Positions 9,645 through 18,731 of a DNA stretch of 64,000 nt are shown here, piece after piece. How positions within the stretch are numbered: position 1 is the first letter of the stretch; every line of letters starts with the position of its first letter. This DNA is from an uncultured Chloroflexia bacterium (GTDB lineage: Bacteria > Chloroflexota > Limnocylindria > Limnocylindrales > CSP1-4): NCBI GenBank assembly GCA_963833535.1, contig CAWHYC010000006.1:41574-105573 (forward strand), given 5' to 3'. The notes below the pieces were generated by a model that saw only the letters and a program-made list of their open reading frames with translations, was not told where the DNA came from and did no database searches. The translations under genes and the position numbers were made by a program.

Positions 9645-10646
9645 TCAGCCGCCGGTCGGACGGTCGTACACCTCGGGGTTGACGGGCGTCGGCAGCCGCT
9701 CGCCACGTACACCTGCCAGCAGGTTCTCGGCCGCCATAGCCGCCATCCGACCGCGGGTCGCCCGCGATGCGGAGGCGATATGGGGCACGACCAGGCAGTT
9801 CGGCAATGACAGCAGCGGGTCGTCCGGGGCCATCGGCTCGGGATCGGTGACGTCGAGGGCGGCCGCCGCGATGCTGCCATCACGCAGCGCCGCCGCCAGC
9901 GCGACCTGGTCGACGACCGGACCACGAGAGGTGTTGACCAGGACGGCCGTGGGTTTCATCGCCGCCAGCGCCTCGGGCCCCATGAGGTGGCGGGTATCGG
10001 GCGTCAGGTTGACATGGAGGGTCACGAAGTCGGCCTCGGCGAGGAGCACATCCATCGTCACTGCCTCGACGCCGAGCGACCGCTGGTCCTCCTCGGGTGG
10101 CGGGAAGGCATCGTGGACGAGCACGCGCATCTCGAAGCCCCGCGCTCGTTTGGCCATCTCGCGGCCGATGCGGCCGAAGCCGACGATGCCCAACGTGGCG
10201 TGATGGATGTCCGGGCCGAGCAGCAACAGCGGTCCCCAGGTCAGCCACCGGCCTGCTCGAACGTAGTCGTAACCCTCGGGCAGCCGCCGGGCCGCGGCCA
10301 TCAGCAGCGCCCAGGCGAGGTCGGCCGTCGTCTCGGTCAGGACGCCTGGCGTATTGCCGACCGGGATGCCGCGGCGGGTGCAGGCGGGCACGTCGATGTT
10401 GTCGAAGCCGACCGCGAAGTTGCTGACCACCCGGAGGCCGGGGCCAGCGGCATCGAGCAGCTCGTCGTCGACGCGATCGGTGAGCAGAGAGAGCAGCCCA
10501 TCCACGCCGCGAACGCGCTCCAGCAGCGTGGCGCGCGGCGGCGGGAGCTCGTCGGGCCAGAGGTCGACCTCGACGGCGGCGAGCGGCGCCAGACCCTCGT
10601 CCGGCAGGCGCCGGGTGACGAAGACCCTGGGCCGAGCCGCGCTCAC
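9645..10646 (-). CDS. D-2-hydroxyacid dehydrogenase (glyoxylate/hydroxypyruvate reductase-like)
   Basis: NAD-binding motif GIVGFGRIGREMA, plus the catalytic R/E/H arrangement typical of the D-isomer-specific 2-hydroxyacid dehydrogenase family. Confidence 0.85.
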   Translation of the reverse strand: MSAARPRVFVTRRLPDEGLAPLAAVEVDLWPDELPPPRATLLERVRGVDGLLSLLTDRVDDELLDAAGPGLRVVSNFAVGFDNIDVPACTRRGIPVGNTPGVLTETTADLAWALLMAAARRLPEGYDYVRAGRWLTWGPLLLLGPDIHHATLGIVGFGRIGREMAKRARGFEMRVLVHDAFPPPEEDQRSLGVEAVTMDVLLAEADFVTLHVNLTPDTRHLMGPEALAAMKPTAVLVNTSRGPVVDQVALAAALRDGSIAAAALDVTDPEPMAPDDPLLSLPNCLVVPHIASASRATRGRMAAMAAENLLAGVRGERLPTPVNPEVYDRPTGG

Positions 10647-11815
10647 GCGACGGGCGTCGCCGCCAGGACGTCGGCCATCCGCTCCAACGCGCGCCGCAGG
10701 TTCTCCTGCGAGTTGGCGTAGCTGACGCGGACGTGATCGACGCCGACCCGCCCGAAGGCGTTGCCGCCAAGGACGGAGACGCCAGCTTCCTTGAGCATCC
10801 GGTCGGCGAACTCGGTGCCCGTCATGCCCGTGCCCGAGACGTTGGGAAAGGCGTAGAAAGCACCCGACGGGCGGAGGCAGCGGACGCCCGGCAGTGCGTT
10901 CAGACCATCGACGACGAGCGAACGGCGCGCACGGAACTCCTCGACCATGGTATCGACCGCGTCCTGTGGGCCGGTCAGCGCCTCGATGGCCGCGATCTGC
11001 GAGAAGACGGACGTGCAGGAGACCGAGTTGATGATCAGGCGGCTGAAGGCCGGCACCAGCTCTGGCGGCAGGGCCGCAAAACCGAGGCGCCAGCCGGTCA
11101 TGGCGAAGGTCTTACTAAAGCCGTCGAGCAGGATGGTGCGCTCGGCCATGCCGGGCAGCGAGGCGATGGAGATGTGTTCGCCTTCGTAGACGATACGGCC
11201 GTAGATCTCGTCGGCGAGGACCGGGATATCGCGCTCGATGGCGATGGCCGCGATGGCCTCGAGGTCCGCGCGGGCGAGCACGCCACCGGTCGGGTTGGCC
11301 GGGCTGTTGAAGATGATGAGGCGCGTGCGGTCGGTGACGAGCGAGCGCAGCTCGTCGACGTCGAGGCGGAAGCCGTGGGCTTCGCTCAGCGCGATGGGCA
11401 CCGGCCGAGCGCCGACGAAGCTGGCCATCGACTCGTATATCGGGAAGCCCGGGTCGGGGTAGATGACCTCGTCGCCAGGTCCGGCGAGGGCCGTGATCGC
11501 GTAGTGCATGATCGGCTTGGCACCTGGCGTGACCACCACGTTGGCGGGATCGATGGCCAGCCCGCGCCTGGTGTTCAGGTCGGCGGCGATGGCATCGCGC
11601 AATGCGGGCAGGCCGAGCGGCGGGCCGTAGTGCGTCCAACCGGCGTCGAGTGCGCGCTTGGCGGCTTCCCGCACGTTGACCGGCGTGTCGAAGTCGGGCT
11701 CGCCGATCTCCAAGTGGATCATGTCGACGCCGGTCGCCTCGAGCGCCCTGGCGCGCGCCGCCGCCTCGAACGCGGTCTCGGTCCCGAGGTCGCGCATCCG
11801 CTCCGCCATCCGCAT
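10643..11815 (-). CDS. class I/II PLP-dependent aminotransferase (AspC-like)
   Basis: Aminotransferase fold motifs, with the PLP lysine region SFSKTFAMTGWRLG. The stop overlaps the start of the dehydrogenase gene. Confidence 0.85.
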   Translation of the reverse strand: MRMAERMRDLGTETAFEAAARARALEATGVDMIHLEIGEPDFDTPVNVREAAKRALDAGWTHYGPPLGLPALRDAIAADLNTRRGLAIDPANVVVTPGAKPIMHYAITALAGPGDEVIYPDPGFPIYESMASFVGARPVPIALSEAHGFRLDVDELRSLVTDRTRLIIFNSPANPTGGVLARADLEAIAAIAIERDIPVLADEIYGRIVYEGEHISIASLPGMAERTILLDGFSKTFAMTGWRLGFAALPPELVPAFSRLIINSVSCTSVFSQIAAIEALTGPQDAVDTMVEEFRARRSLVVDGLNALPGVRCLRPSGAFYAFPNVSGTGMTGTEFADRMLKEAGVSVLGGNAFGRVGVDHVRVSYANSQENLRRALERMADVLAATPVA

Positions 11816-11900
11816 CGCCGAATGCTAGCAGGGCATCGGCTGTCGGCGAGAGCACCGTGGCCGCCGTCTCGCCCTACGACGCGCGTGCGAGAATCGGCGG

Positions 11901-12299
11901 GTGACCCGCTTCTACAGCATCGACCAGGCCGACGCCCGATTGCGCGAGCTCGCCCCCCTGCTCGATAAGCTGCGCGCCGACCGCCAGGAGGTCTCGACCG
12001 CCCGCGCCGCGCTCGAACGCTTCCGGACCGGCAACGGCAACGCAGACCACGGCGACGAGCTCGAGGCGCGCGAGGAGCAGATCCGTCAGGTCGTCTTCCG
12101 AATGGAGCGCTACGTCAGCCAGCTCGTCGCCTGGGACATCACCCTGCGCGACATCGACACCGGTCTGGTCGACTTCGCGGCGCTCGTCAACGGCCGCCAG
12201 GTCTGCCTCTGCTGGCGGCTCGGCGAGGAGCGCGTGGGGTTCTGGCACGAGCTCGACTCCGGCTTCGCCGGCCGGCGCCCGCTCATCGACCTCGCCTGA
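11901..12299 (+). CDS. DUF2203 family protein
   Basis: 132-aa conserved hypothetical protein with a DUF2203-like sequence pattern. Confidence 0.5.
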   Translation: MTRFYSIDQADARLRELAPLLDKLRADRQEVSTARAALERFRTGNGNADHGDELEAREEQIRQVVFRMERYVSQLVAWDITLRDIDTGLVDFAALVNGRQVCLCWRLGEERVGFWHELDSGFAGRRPLIDLA

Positions 12300-12312
12300 C
12301 GGCCAAGACCCC

Positions 12313-13497
12313 GTGCGCGCGCTGTGCATCGATGTCGGCACGGGCACCCAGGACATCCTCCTCTTCGACGCCGCCAGGGAGGTCGAGAACGCCTTCCGGA
12401 TGGTCCTTCCATCGCCGACGGTCCTGATCGCCGACCGCGTCCGCAGAGCGACGGTGGCCGGCCAGTCGGTCGTGCTGCGTGGTTCGATGATGGGCGGGGG
12501 GCCGTCGGCCTGGGCCATCCGCGACCATGCGCTGGCTGGCCTGCCGGTCGCGGCCACGGCCGCTGCTGCCCGGACGCTGGACGACGATCTCGATGGCGTG
12601 CGCAGCCTCGGCGTCCGGATCGTCGACGACGGTGAGGCCGCCGAGCTGGCCGCGTGGCCCGGCACCCTGGCCCTCCACTTGCGCGACATCGCCCTCGACG
12701 ACCTGGCCGCCGCGCTCGCTCGTTACGACATCGACCTTCGGACCATCGATGCGCTGGCGGTGGCGGTCTTCGATCATGGCGCCGCGCCGCCGGGTATCTC
12801 CGATCGACGCTTTCGTTTCGAGCGGCTCGCCGAGCGGCTGCGCGAGGAGCCCGAAGCCGGGCCGGCCGCCTTCGCCTACGCCGAGGGCACGATCCCGGCG
12901 CCGTTCACGCGGCTCCAGGCCGTCACGACCGACGCCCGTGCCTGGCTTGGCGAACAAGCCGAGACGGTGATCGTGGCCATGGATACGGGGCCTGCCGCCG
13001 TGCTCGGCGGCCTCGAGGATCCGGCGCCACGAGCCGCCCTGCGGGGTGGTCGGGAGGTCGTGGCCGTCAACGTCGGGAACTTCCACACCCTCGCTGTCCG
13101 CCTGGCGCCGGCGCCCGCTTCGGCCAGCGGCTGCCGGATCGCGTCGATCTACGAGCACCACACCGGCGAGATCGACGACGTCGGTCTCCAGCGTGACGTG
13201 GCAAGGGTCGCCGACGGCACCATCGACGGCGAGGCGGTCTTCGCCTCCATGGGCCACGGCGCGTTGATCGTCGCTCAGCCCGCGCGCTCGAGGCTCGGGC
13301 CGCTGGTCTCGGTCACGGGGCCACGGCGAGCGCGTCTGGTCGGCCGGAAGATCCGCCGGGCAGGCGTCGCTCTGGCGGCGGTGCCGCACGGCGACATGAT
13401 GCAGGCCGGTCCGTTCGGGCTCCTGCGCGCCCTGGCCACACGGCATGAGGTATGGCGCGAGCCGATCGAGCAGCGGCTCGGTACCATCGGCGGATGA
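12313..13497 (+). CDS. DUF1786-like ASKHA-fold protein (hypothetical)
   Basis: N-terminal LCIDVGTGTQDILLFD phosphate-1-like motif. GTG start. Confidence 0.45.
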   Translation: MRALCIDVGTGTQDILLFDAAREVENAFRMVLPSPTVLIADRVRRATVAGQSVVLRGSMMGGGPSAWAIRDHALAGLPVAATAAAARTLDDDLDGVRSLGVRIVDDGEAAELAAWPGTLALHLRDIALDDLAAALARYDIDLRTIDALAVAVFDHGAAPPGISDRRFRFERLAERLREEPEAGPAAFAYAEGTIPAPFTRLQAVTTDARAWLGEQAETVIVAMDTGPAAVLGGLEDPAPRAALRGGREVVAVNVGNFHTLAVRLAPAPASASGCRIASIYEHHTGEIDDVGLQRDVARVADGTIDGEAVFASMGHGALIVAQPARSRLGPLVSVTGPRRARLVGRKIRRAGVALAAVPHGDMMQAGPFGLLRALATRHEVWREPIEQRLGTIGG

Positions 13498-13868
13498 AGC
13501 AGCCGGCGGCGGTCGAGCGCATCTCGGTGGTCGAGGCCGCCCGTCGCTTGGACGCGGCCGGGTCGGACGCAGGGCCGATGCTCGTCGACGTCCGTGAGCC
13601 GGCCGAATACGCCCAGTTCCGAGCCACGGGAGCGGTGCTCATGCCGCTCAGCGTCTTCCAGCTCCGCTTCAGCCAGCTGCCGCGCGACCGGCCCCTGCAG
13701 CTCATCTGCGCGGCAGGACAACGCAGCCTGGCGGCCGGCGAGTTCCTGATCTCCCAGGGCTACGAGACGGTCGCCAACGTCGAGGGCGGCTCGATCGCCT
13801 GGATGCGCGCCGGCTTGCCCGTTCGGACCGGGCCGCCCGACGACGGCGAGGGCGATCTCCCGGGTTGA
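13494..13868 (+). CDS. rhodanese-domain sulfurtransferase
   Basis: Single rhodanese domain with the active-site CAAGQRS loop. Confidence 0.75.
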   Translation: MKQPAAVERISVVEAARRLDAAGSDAGPMLVDVREPAEYAQFRATGAVLMPLSVFQLRFSQLPRDRPLQLICAAGQRSLAAGEFLISQGYETVANVEGGSIAWMRAGLPVRTGPPDDGEGDLPG

Positions 13869-13947
13869 CCACGGCCACGGCGATGATCGACGCCGGACGA
13901 CGTCCTTTGGCGCTCGGCGCGAGCGTGCGACCCAGAGCGTCGCCTCG

Positions 13948-15480
13948 TTATGAGACCTTGCGCGTCGCGTCAAGGTCGAGCTCGTCCTCCGGCGGAGGCA
14001 GCTTGGTCCGGCCGCGCGTGATCGCGTGCAGCCAGCGCGCGCGCGTCCGGGGCCGCTGGACGAGCACGCCGACCGTGAGCAGGACGATGAAGTTGACGGC
14101 CGCGATCGTGGACGCGTTGATCTCGCCGAGCTGGATGCCGATCTGGCCGGGGATGGCCAGCCCCGGGATCGTGGCGCCGATCAGGCCCAGCTGGAAGAAC
14201 GGCCGCTTTGGCGCCAGGTTGGCACGAAGCGTGTCGACCTGGGGTCCGCTCTCGTCGGCCCCGCCGACGAGGTAAACGTAGGCTCCGACGATGGCCGCTG
14301 AGCCGGCGACACGAGGGCTCGGCAGGTCGTCCTGGCTGAGCGTCTGCCACGCCGCGATGTCGCCGGTCGTGACATTCGGGACCGCCCACAGCGTCGTAGC
14401 CACCGCTGAGCCGGCACCATCCCGCCCGCCGACGACGTAGAGCGCGCCGCTGTTCGTGAAGCCCGCCGCGTCCACGCGCGCGGCTGGCAGCGAGCTGGCA
14501 CCGGTGCTGACCGCCCAGGGCACGACCGGTGAGTCCGCGGTGGCGCCGGTACGCGCCGGTTGACCTGCGGAGTCGAGCTCGAGCCGCAGCACTTCGCCCG
14601 TCGGTCCGAGCGTCGTCTCGCCGCCGATGACGTACATGAAGCTGCCCGACAGGCCGGCCGTGCCATGGGCACGTCCGTTGGGCTGACCGGTCGAGTCCGG
14701 CAGCGTCAGCTCAGGATGCTCGATCCACGCCTGTAGTTCTGGAGGATCGGAATTGGGCACGATCTGCGCGCGCCAGGTAGACGCCGACAGGCCATCCGCC
14801 GTCCGGCCACCCATCAGCCAGACGCCGTTCGCGTCGGCGACCGCCATCGCTCCGCTGACGGGCACCTTCAGCGCCAGCGCGGTGGCCTCCTGCCAGCCGG
14901 TGATGGCACCCTCCTTGAGCGTGGCCACGAAGACGGTCGACGTGGGCTTGCGGTCGGCATCGAGGCCACCGATGACGAACGGGCGGCCATTGACGGAGAC
15001 GAATGCGGCATCAGTGCGCGGCGCAGGCAGGTCGGCACCGGCGGACCATTTCCCGAAGTTGCCATCCTCGGTCGTGGTCGTCTTGAGCACGGAGGCCGTG
15101 ACGCCGGTCGGCGTGGTGCCCCCGACGAGGTACAGATCCAACCCACCCTGGAAGGCTCCGGCATCCGTACGTCCTTCGGGCAGGGCGACCTCCGGCGGCG
15201 ACGACTGCCAGGGCACGACGGCCCCGGCCGGCACCGGGCAGGGCAGGTCGCCGTTGGAGGCGTCGCACAGGTTGACGACGCTGATCACGTTGTAGCCGAT
15301 CTGGACCGTCTGGCGGATGGTCAGGTAGAGCGCGATGTTGGGCACGTAGCCGAGCAGGAAGAGGACGGCCCCGAACCAGAAGAGCGCCTTCCAGAACGCC
15401 GCTGGCCAGCCGTCGGCGTCGAGCAGCCCGAAGGCTGTTCGCCGCCGCGTGGTGCCGCTGGGGAGCGCGCGCTGGGCCAC
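13948..15480 (-). CDS. membrane-anchored Kelch-repeat beta-propeller protein
   Basis: N-terminal TM helix, about six Kelch blades (repeated ...Y/FV(I/V)GG... motifs), and a C-terminal TM segment. It lies directly downstream of the cyt c–cupredoxin gene. Confidence 0.7.
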   Translation of the reverse strand: MAQRALPSGTTRRRTAFGLLDADGWPAAFWKALFWFGAVLFLLGYVPNIALYLTIRQTVQIGYNVISVVNLCDASNGDLPCPVPAGAVVPWQSSPPEVALPEGRTDAGAFQGGLDLYLVGGTTPTGVTASVLKTTTTEDGNFGKWSAGADLPAPRTDAAFVSVNGRPFVIGGLDADRKPTSTVFVATLKEGAITGWQEATALALKVPVSGAMAVADANGVWLMGGRTADGLSASTWRAQIVPNSDPPELQAWIEHPELTLPDSTGQPNGRAHGTAGLSGSFMYVIGGETTLGPTGEVLRLELDSAGQPARTGATADSPVVPWAVSTGASSLPAARVDAAGFTNSGALYVVGGRDGAGSAVATTLWAVPNVTTGDIAAWQTLSQDDLPSPRVAGSAAIVGAYVYLVGGADESGPQVDTLRANLAPKRPFFQLGLIGATIPGLAIPGQIGIQLGEINASTIAAVNFIVLLTVGVLVQRPRTRARWLHAITRGRTKLPPPEDELDLDATRKVS

Positions 15481-15494
15481 GGTCGTGCTCGCCC

Positions 15495-16661
15495 CTACTT
15501 CACGAACTCGAAGTCGCCGTGCATCGAGCCGTAGTGGCCCGGAAGCGTGCAGGCGAACTGGAGGGCATCGGTCGTCTCGAAGGTGTAGGTCACCTCCTTG
15601 GTGCCGCTCGAGAAGGTGGGGATGCCGGGCAGGTCCGGCGCCGGGTTGTTGGCGCTCAGCGCGTCAGCCGGCCCGATGTAGAAGTTGTGGTCGAAGCCGG
15701 CCGTGTTAGTCACGCGGAAGGTGACCGTCTCGCCGGCCACGACAGGGATCGAGGCGACCTTGGTGCCCGCGGGGTCGGTGATCTGGAGCGTGCCGGTCTC
15801 GTTCAGCTCGATGACCCGAGGCTTGTCCTTCGTGCCCGGCGTATCGACCGTCCCGCCGCCCGCGCTGCCTCCGCCCTCGTTCGGGCCGCCGACGAGCGGA
15901 CCGTCCGGGTCGCGCCAGCAGGCCGGGTAGGGCGTAGCGTCAGGTGCCGGCTTGAAGTTCGGGTCCCGCCAGCCGTGGACGTCGACCGGCTGCGGCGTCG
16001 GGCCAGTCTCGCCTTCGGCGGTGTGCGGCTGATAGGTCCACGTCGTCTCGTTGGTGGCACCGAGGAAGGCCACGATCTCCTCGATCTGGCGGTAGTTGAG
16101 CGGGCCGGCGGGCTGGGCCCAGACCGGCATGACGCTCTTCGCATCGCCACAGACCAGCCGGCCACCGTTCTGCAAGACCGCTGTGATGTAGCTCGGGTTG
16201 AGATGACCGGTACCGGGATCGCCGGTCGGCGTGTACGAGTTGTAGAGGGCCATCTGATCGTTGAGCGGCGCCCCGACGCCGCCCTTGCCATCCACGCCGT
16301 GGCAGGCAGAGCAGTTCGTCTGGAAGAGCGCGTAGCCTCGCGAGACGTCGGTGATGTACTGCTCTTGGCCGACCTGCGCCATGTCACCCGAGATGCCCAG
16401 CGCGGGCACGCCGATGGCGTAGAACCAGTAGAGCGGGATGAAGAAGACGAGGATGAAGACGCCCAGGAACGCGACGCGTCGCGCATTGCCGCTCTGGCGG
16501 ACGATCTGAGCGCCTCGCTCCTCGGTCAGCTCGACCCGATGGGTGCGCTCTCCGGCGTCGAAGCGCTCGACGCCCAGCGGACTGTCCTCACGTGGCGCGA
16601 CCTCGCTGCCAGGCTCGCGCGGCGTCAGCTCGCGCCCGGTCAGGTCATCACTCATATGCAA
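15495..16661 (-). CDS. cytochrome c – cupredoxin (type-1 copper) fusion protein, membrane anchored
   Basis: TM anchor, the heme-binding motif CSACHG, and a C-terminal azurin-like copper site (H...C-x4-H-x3-M, FACTLPGHYGSMHG). Confidence 0.75.
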   Translation of the reverse strand: MHMSDDLTGRELTPREPGSEVAPREDSPLGVERFDAGERTHRVELTEERGAQIVRQSGNARRVAFLGVFILVFFIPLYWFYAIGVPALGISGDMAQVGQEQYITDVSRGYALFQTNCSACHGVDGKGGVGAPLNDQMALYNSYTPTGDPGTGHLNPSYITAVLQNGGRLVCGDAKSVMPVWAQPAGPLNYRQIEEIVAFLGATNETTWTYQPHTAEGETGPTPQPVDVHGWRDPNFKPAPDATPYPACWRDPDGPLVGGPNEGGGSAGGGTVDTPGTKDKPRVIELNETGTLQITDPAGTKVASIPVVAGETVTFRVTNTAGFDHNFYIGPADALSANNPAPDLPGIPTFSSGTKEVTYTFETTDALQFACTLPGHYGSMHGDFEFVK

Positions 16662-17323
16662 CCCGTCGGGCTCGTCGGCGGGATGAGGCCCGGCTGTCCG
16701 AGCGCGATGGGCAGGGGCCCCAGCGTGATGGCTGCGGTGTTGACGGTCAGCACGCCATCGGCATTGACGGCCGATGCGAAGCGATCGAGGCTGCGGGGGG
16801 CGGGACCGAGCTTGTCGATCTTGGTTCCCAGGCGGTCATAGCGCGAGCCATGGCAGGCGCACTCGAACCAGTGGTTCTTGGTGCAGAAGTTCGGCTTGCA
16901 GCCGAGGTGAGGGCAGCGCTGATAGAGGGCCCGGACGTTGATGTCGATGCCCGAGCCGTCGCTGCTTTCGCCGGGCAGGAAGCCGCGCGATGTGTCGATG
17001 AGCTGGACGTAGGCCTTGGCGATCTGGAAGTAGGCCGGGGCGCCGTCTTCGAGCTTCGTGCCGGCCACGGCAGGCGCTGCGTTGACGTCGGTGATCGTGC
17101 CCAGCGTCACCAGGCTGCCGAACCCGCCGTGCAGGTTCGGCCACATGAAGCCGATCGTGCCGGCCAGCGTCTCGCCCAGCCAGAGCGCCACGCCGGCGCC
17201 CAGCGAGCGGCGCAGCAGCGTCCGTCGTGACAGGCCGGCGGCACGGCCATGGCGGAGTGAGGCCAGGGACTCGCGCGTCAGCGTCTGGGGCTCATCTGCC
17301 GCGCCCAGCTTCCAGTTGCCCAT
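16652..17323 (-). CDS. qcrA: Rieske [2Fe-2S] iron-sulfur subunit of a cytochrome bc/b6f-type complex
   Basis: Tat-like signal (RRTLLRRSLGAGVALW) and the Rieske boxes CPHLGC and CACHGS. Confidence 0.85.
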   Translation of the reverse strand: MGNWKLGAADEPQTLTRESLASLRHGRAAGLSRRTLLRRSLGAGVALWLGETLAGTIGFMWPNLHGGFGSLVTLGTITDVNAAPAVAGTKLEDGAPAYFQIAKAYVQLIDTSRGFLPGESSDGSGIDINVRALYQRCPHLGCKPNFCTKNHWFECACHGSRYDRLGTKIDKLGPAPRSLDRFASAVNADGVLTVNTAAITLGPLPIALGQPGLIPPTSPTGCI

Positions 17324-17336
17324 CAGTCCGCCATCC

Positions 17337-17981
17337 TCACAGCGCGAAGAAGAGACCGTCGACCCACGGCAGGGACCAGGCGTAGCCCGGGCCGCGGAAG
17401 AAGGCCCCGATGAAGGTCACGACCAGCCCGGAGATGCAGAAGATGGTGAAGATCATGACGCCCGTCTTGCGGTCGCTGGGTCGTGGCGACCCCCCGTCGC
17501 CGCGCGGGCCGCGGTCGATGTAAGGCACCAGCCCGGCGCCGACCAGGATGAAGGCCACGCCGAGCACGCCGACCACCGTCGGATGGAAATAGACGAGCAG
17601 CTCCTGGAGACCGACCAGGTACCAGGGCGCCTTGGTCACCACCGGTGTCACCGCGCTGTTGGCCAGCTCCTCGAGCGGAGCGTTGATGAAGACTCCCATG
17701 ACGATGAGGAAGACGCTGATCACGGCCGCCGCGAAGAACTCGATGGCCAACAGGTGCGGCCACGTCAGGACCGTGTCGTCGGGTTCCTTCTGGACGCGCA
17801 CGACGGCGTCCTGCTTGACCAGCGCCAGCAGGCGGTAGGGCCGGGCTGCCATCGGCACGCGCTGCTTGTCGATCTCCGTGGTGCGCCGCTCGGGTGGTGC
17901 GGCGGGCACGCTGGTCCGGCGCGCCGGGACCTCGGGCGCAGGGGGTGGGGTCGGCGTTGGCAGGCGGGTCTCGTCGGTCAT
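17337..17981 (-). CDS. cytochrome b6f-type subunit IV (C-terminal half of split cytochrome b)
   Basis: Three TM helices and the PEWY-equivalent motif APWYLVGLQELL. It sits downstream of cyt b6. Confidence 0.75.
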   Translation of the reverse strand: MTDETRLPTPTPPPAPEVPARRTSVPAAPPERRTTEIDKQRVPMAARPYRLLALVKQDAVVRVQKEPDDTVLTWPHLLAIEFFAAAVISVFLIVMGVFINAPLEELANSAVTPVVTKAPWYLVGLQELLVYFHPTVVGVLGVAFILVGAGLVPYIDRGPRGDGGSPRPSDRKTGVMIFTIFCISGLVVTFIGAFFRGPGYAWSLPWVDGLFFAL

Positions 17982-18002
17982 CGGGCGTTCGCGTCCATCC
18001 GC

Positions 18003-18731
18003 CTACAGCGGCCCGGAGATGCCGCCGTCCTTCCGGATCCGCCAGAAGTGGACGGCCAGAAAGAACGCCGCGGTCAAGGGCAGGAAGACGACGTGCAGGA
18101 CGTAGAAGCGCAGCAGGGTGTTCTGGCCGACCTCGAGGCCACCGAAGATGAGCAGCTTGGAGACGGTGTTGAAGACCGGCGCGCTCTCCGCGAAGTTGAA
18201 GCCGATGGTGATGGCCCAGTAGGCGATCTGGTCCCAGGGCAACAGATAGCCGGTGTAGGACAGGAAGATGGTCAGGAAGAGGAGCACGACCCCGACTACC
18301 CAGTTGAACTCACGCGGCGGCTTGTAGGCCCCGTGATAGAAGACCCGCATCATGTGCAGGAAGACGAAGAAGACCATCAGGTGGGCGGCCCAGCGGTGGA
18401 CGTTGCGGGTCAACAGCCCGAAGAGGACCTCCGACTGGATGCGCAGGATGTCGTTGTAGGCCTGCGTCGCCGACGGCACGTAGAAGAACATCAGGTAGAC
18501 GCCGGTGATGGTCAGCACGAGGAAGAGGAAGAAGGACAGCCCGCCGAGGCAGAAGGTGTAGGCGAACTTGACCGCGTGCTGGCGGACACGCACCGGGTGG
18601 AGATGGAGGAAGACGTTGTTCATGACCGCCATCGCCCGCGACCGCTCGTCCGCGGGATAGGGCTGACGGAAGATCGAACGCCAAGCTGCGCTGCGGCGGA
18701 TCGACTGGTCGACCCGCTCCAGGAAGCTCAC
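18003..18731 (-). CDS. cytochrome b6 (N-terminal half of split cytochrome b)
   Basis: Four conserved His heme ligands (HRWAAH...FLH and LHVVF...AVHFW), the C-terminal RKDGGISGPL, and an N-terminal FCLGG cysteine equivalent to the heme ci/cn-binding Cys of b6. Confidence 0.85.
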   Translation of the reverse strand: MSFLERVDQSIRRSAAWRSIFRQPYPADERSRAMAVMNNVFLHLHPVRVRQHAVKFAYTFCLGGLSFFLFLVLTITGVYLMFFYVPSATQAYNDILRIQSEVLFGLLTRNVHRWAAHLMVFFVFLHMMRVFYHGAYKPPREFNWVVGVVLLFLTIFLSYTGYLLPWDQIAYWAITIGFNFAESAPVFNTVSKLLIFGGLEVGQNTLLRFYVLHVVFLPLTAAFFLAVHFWRIRKDGGISGPL

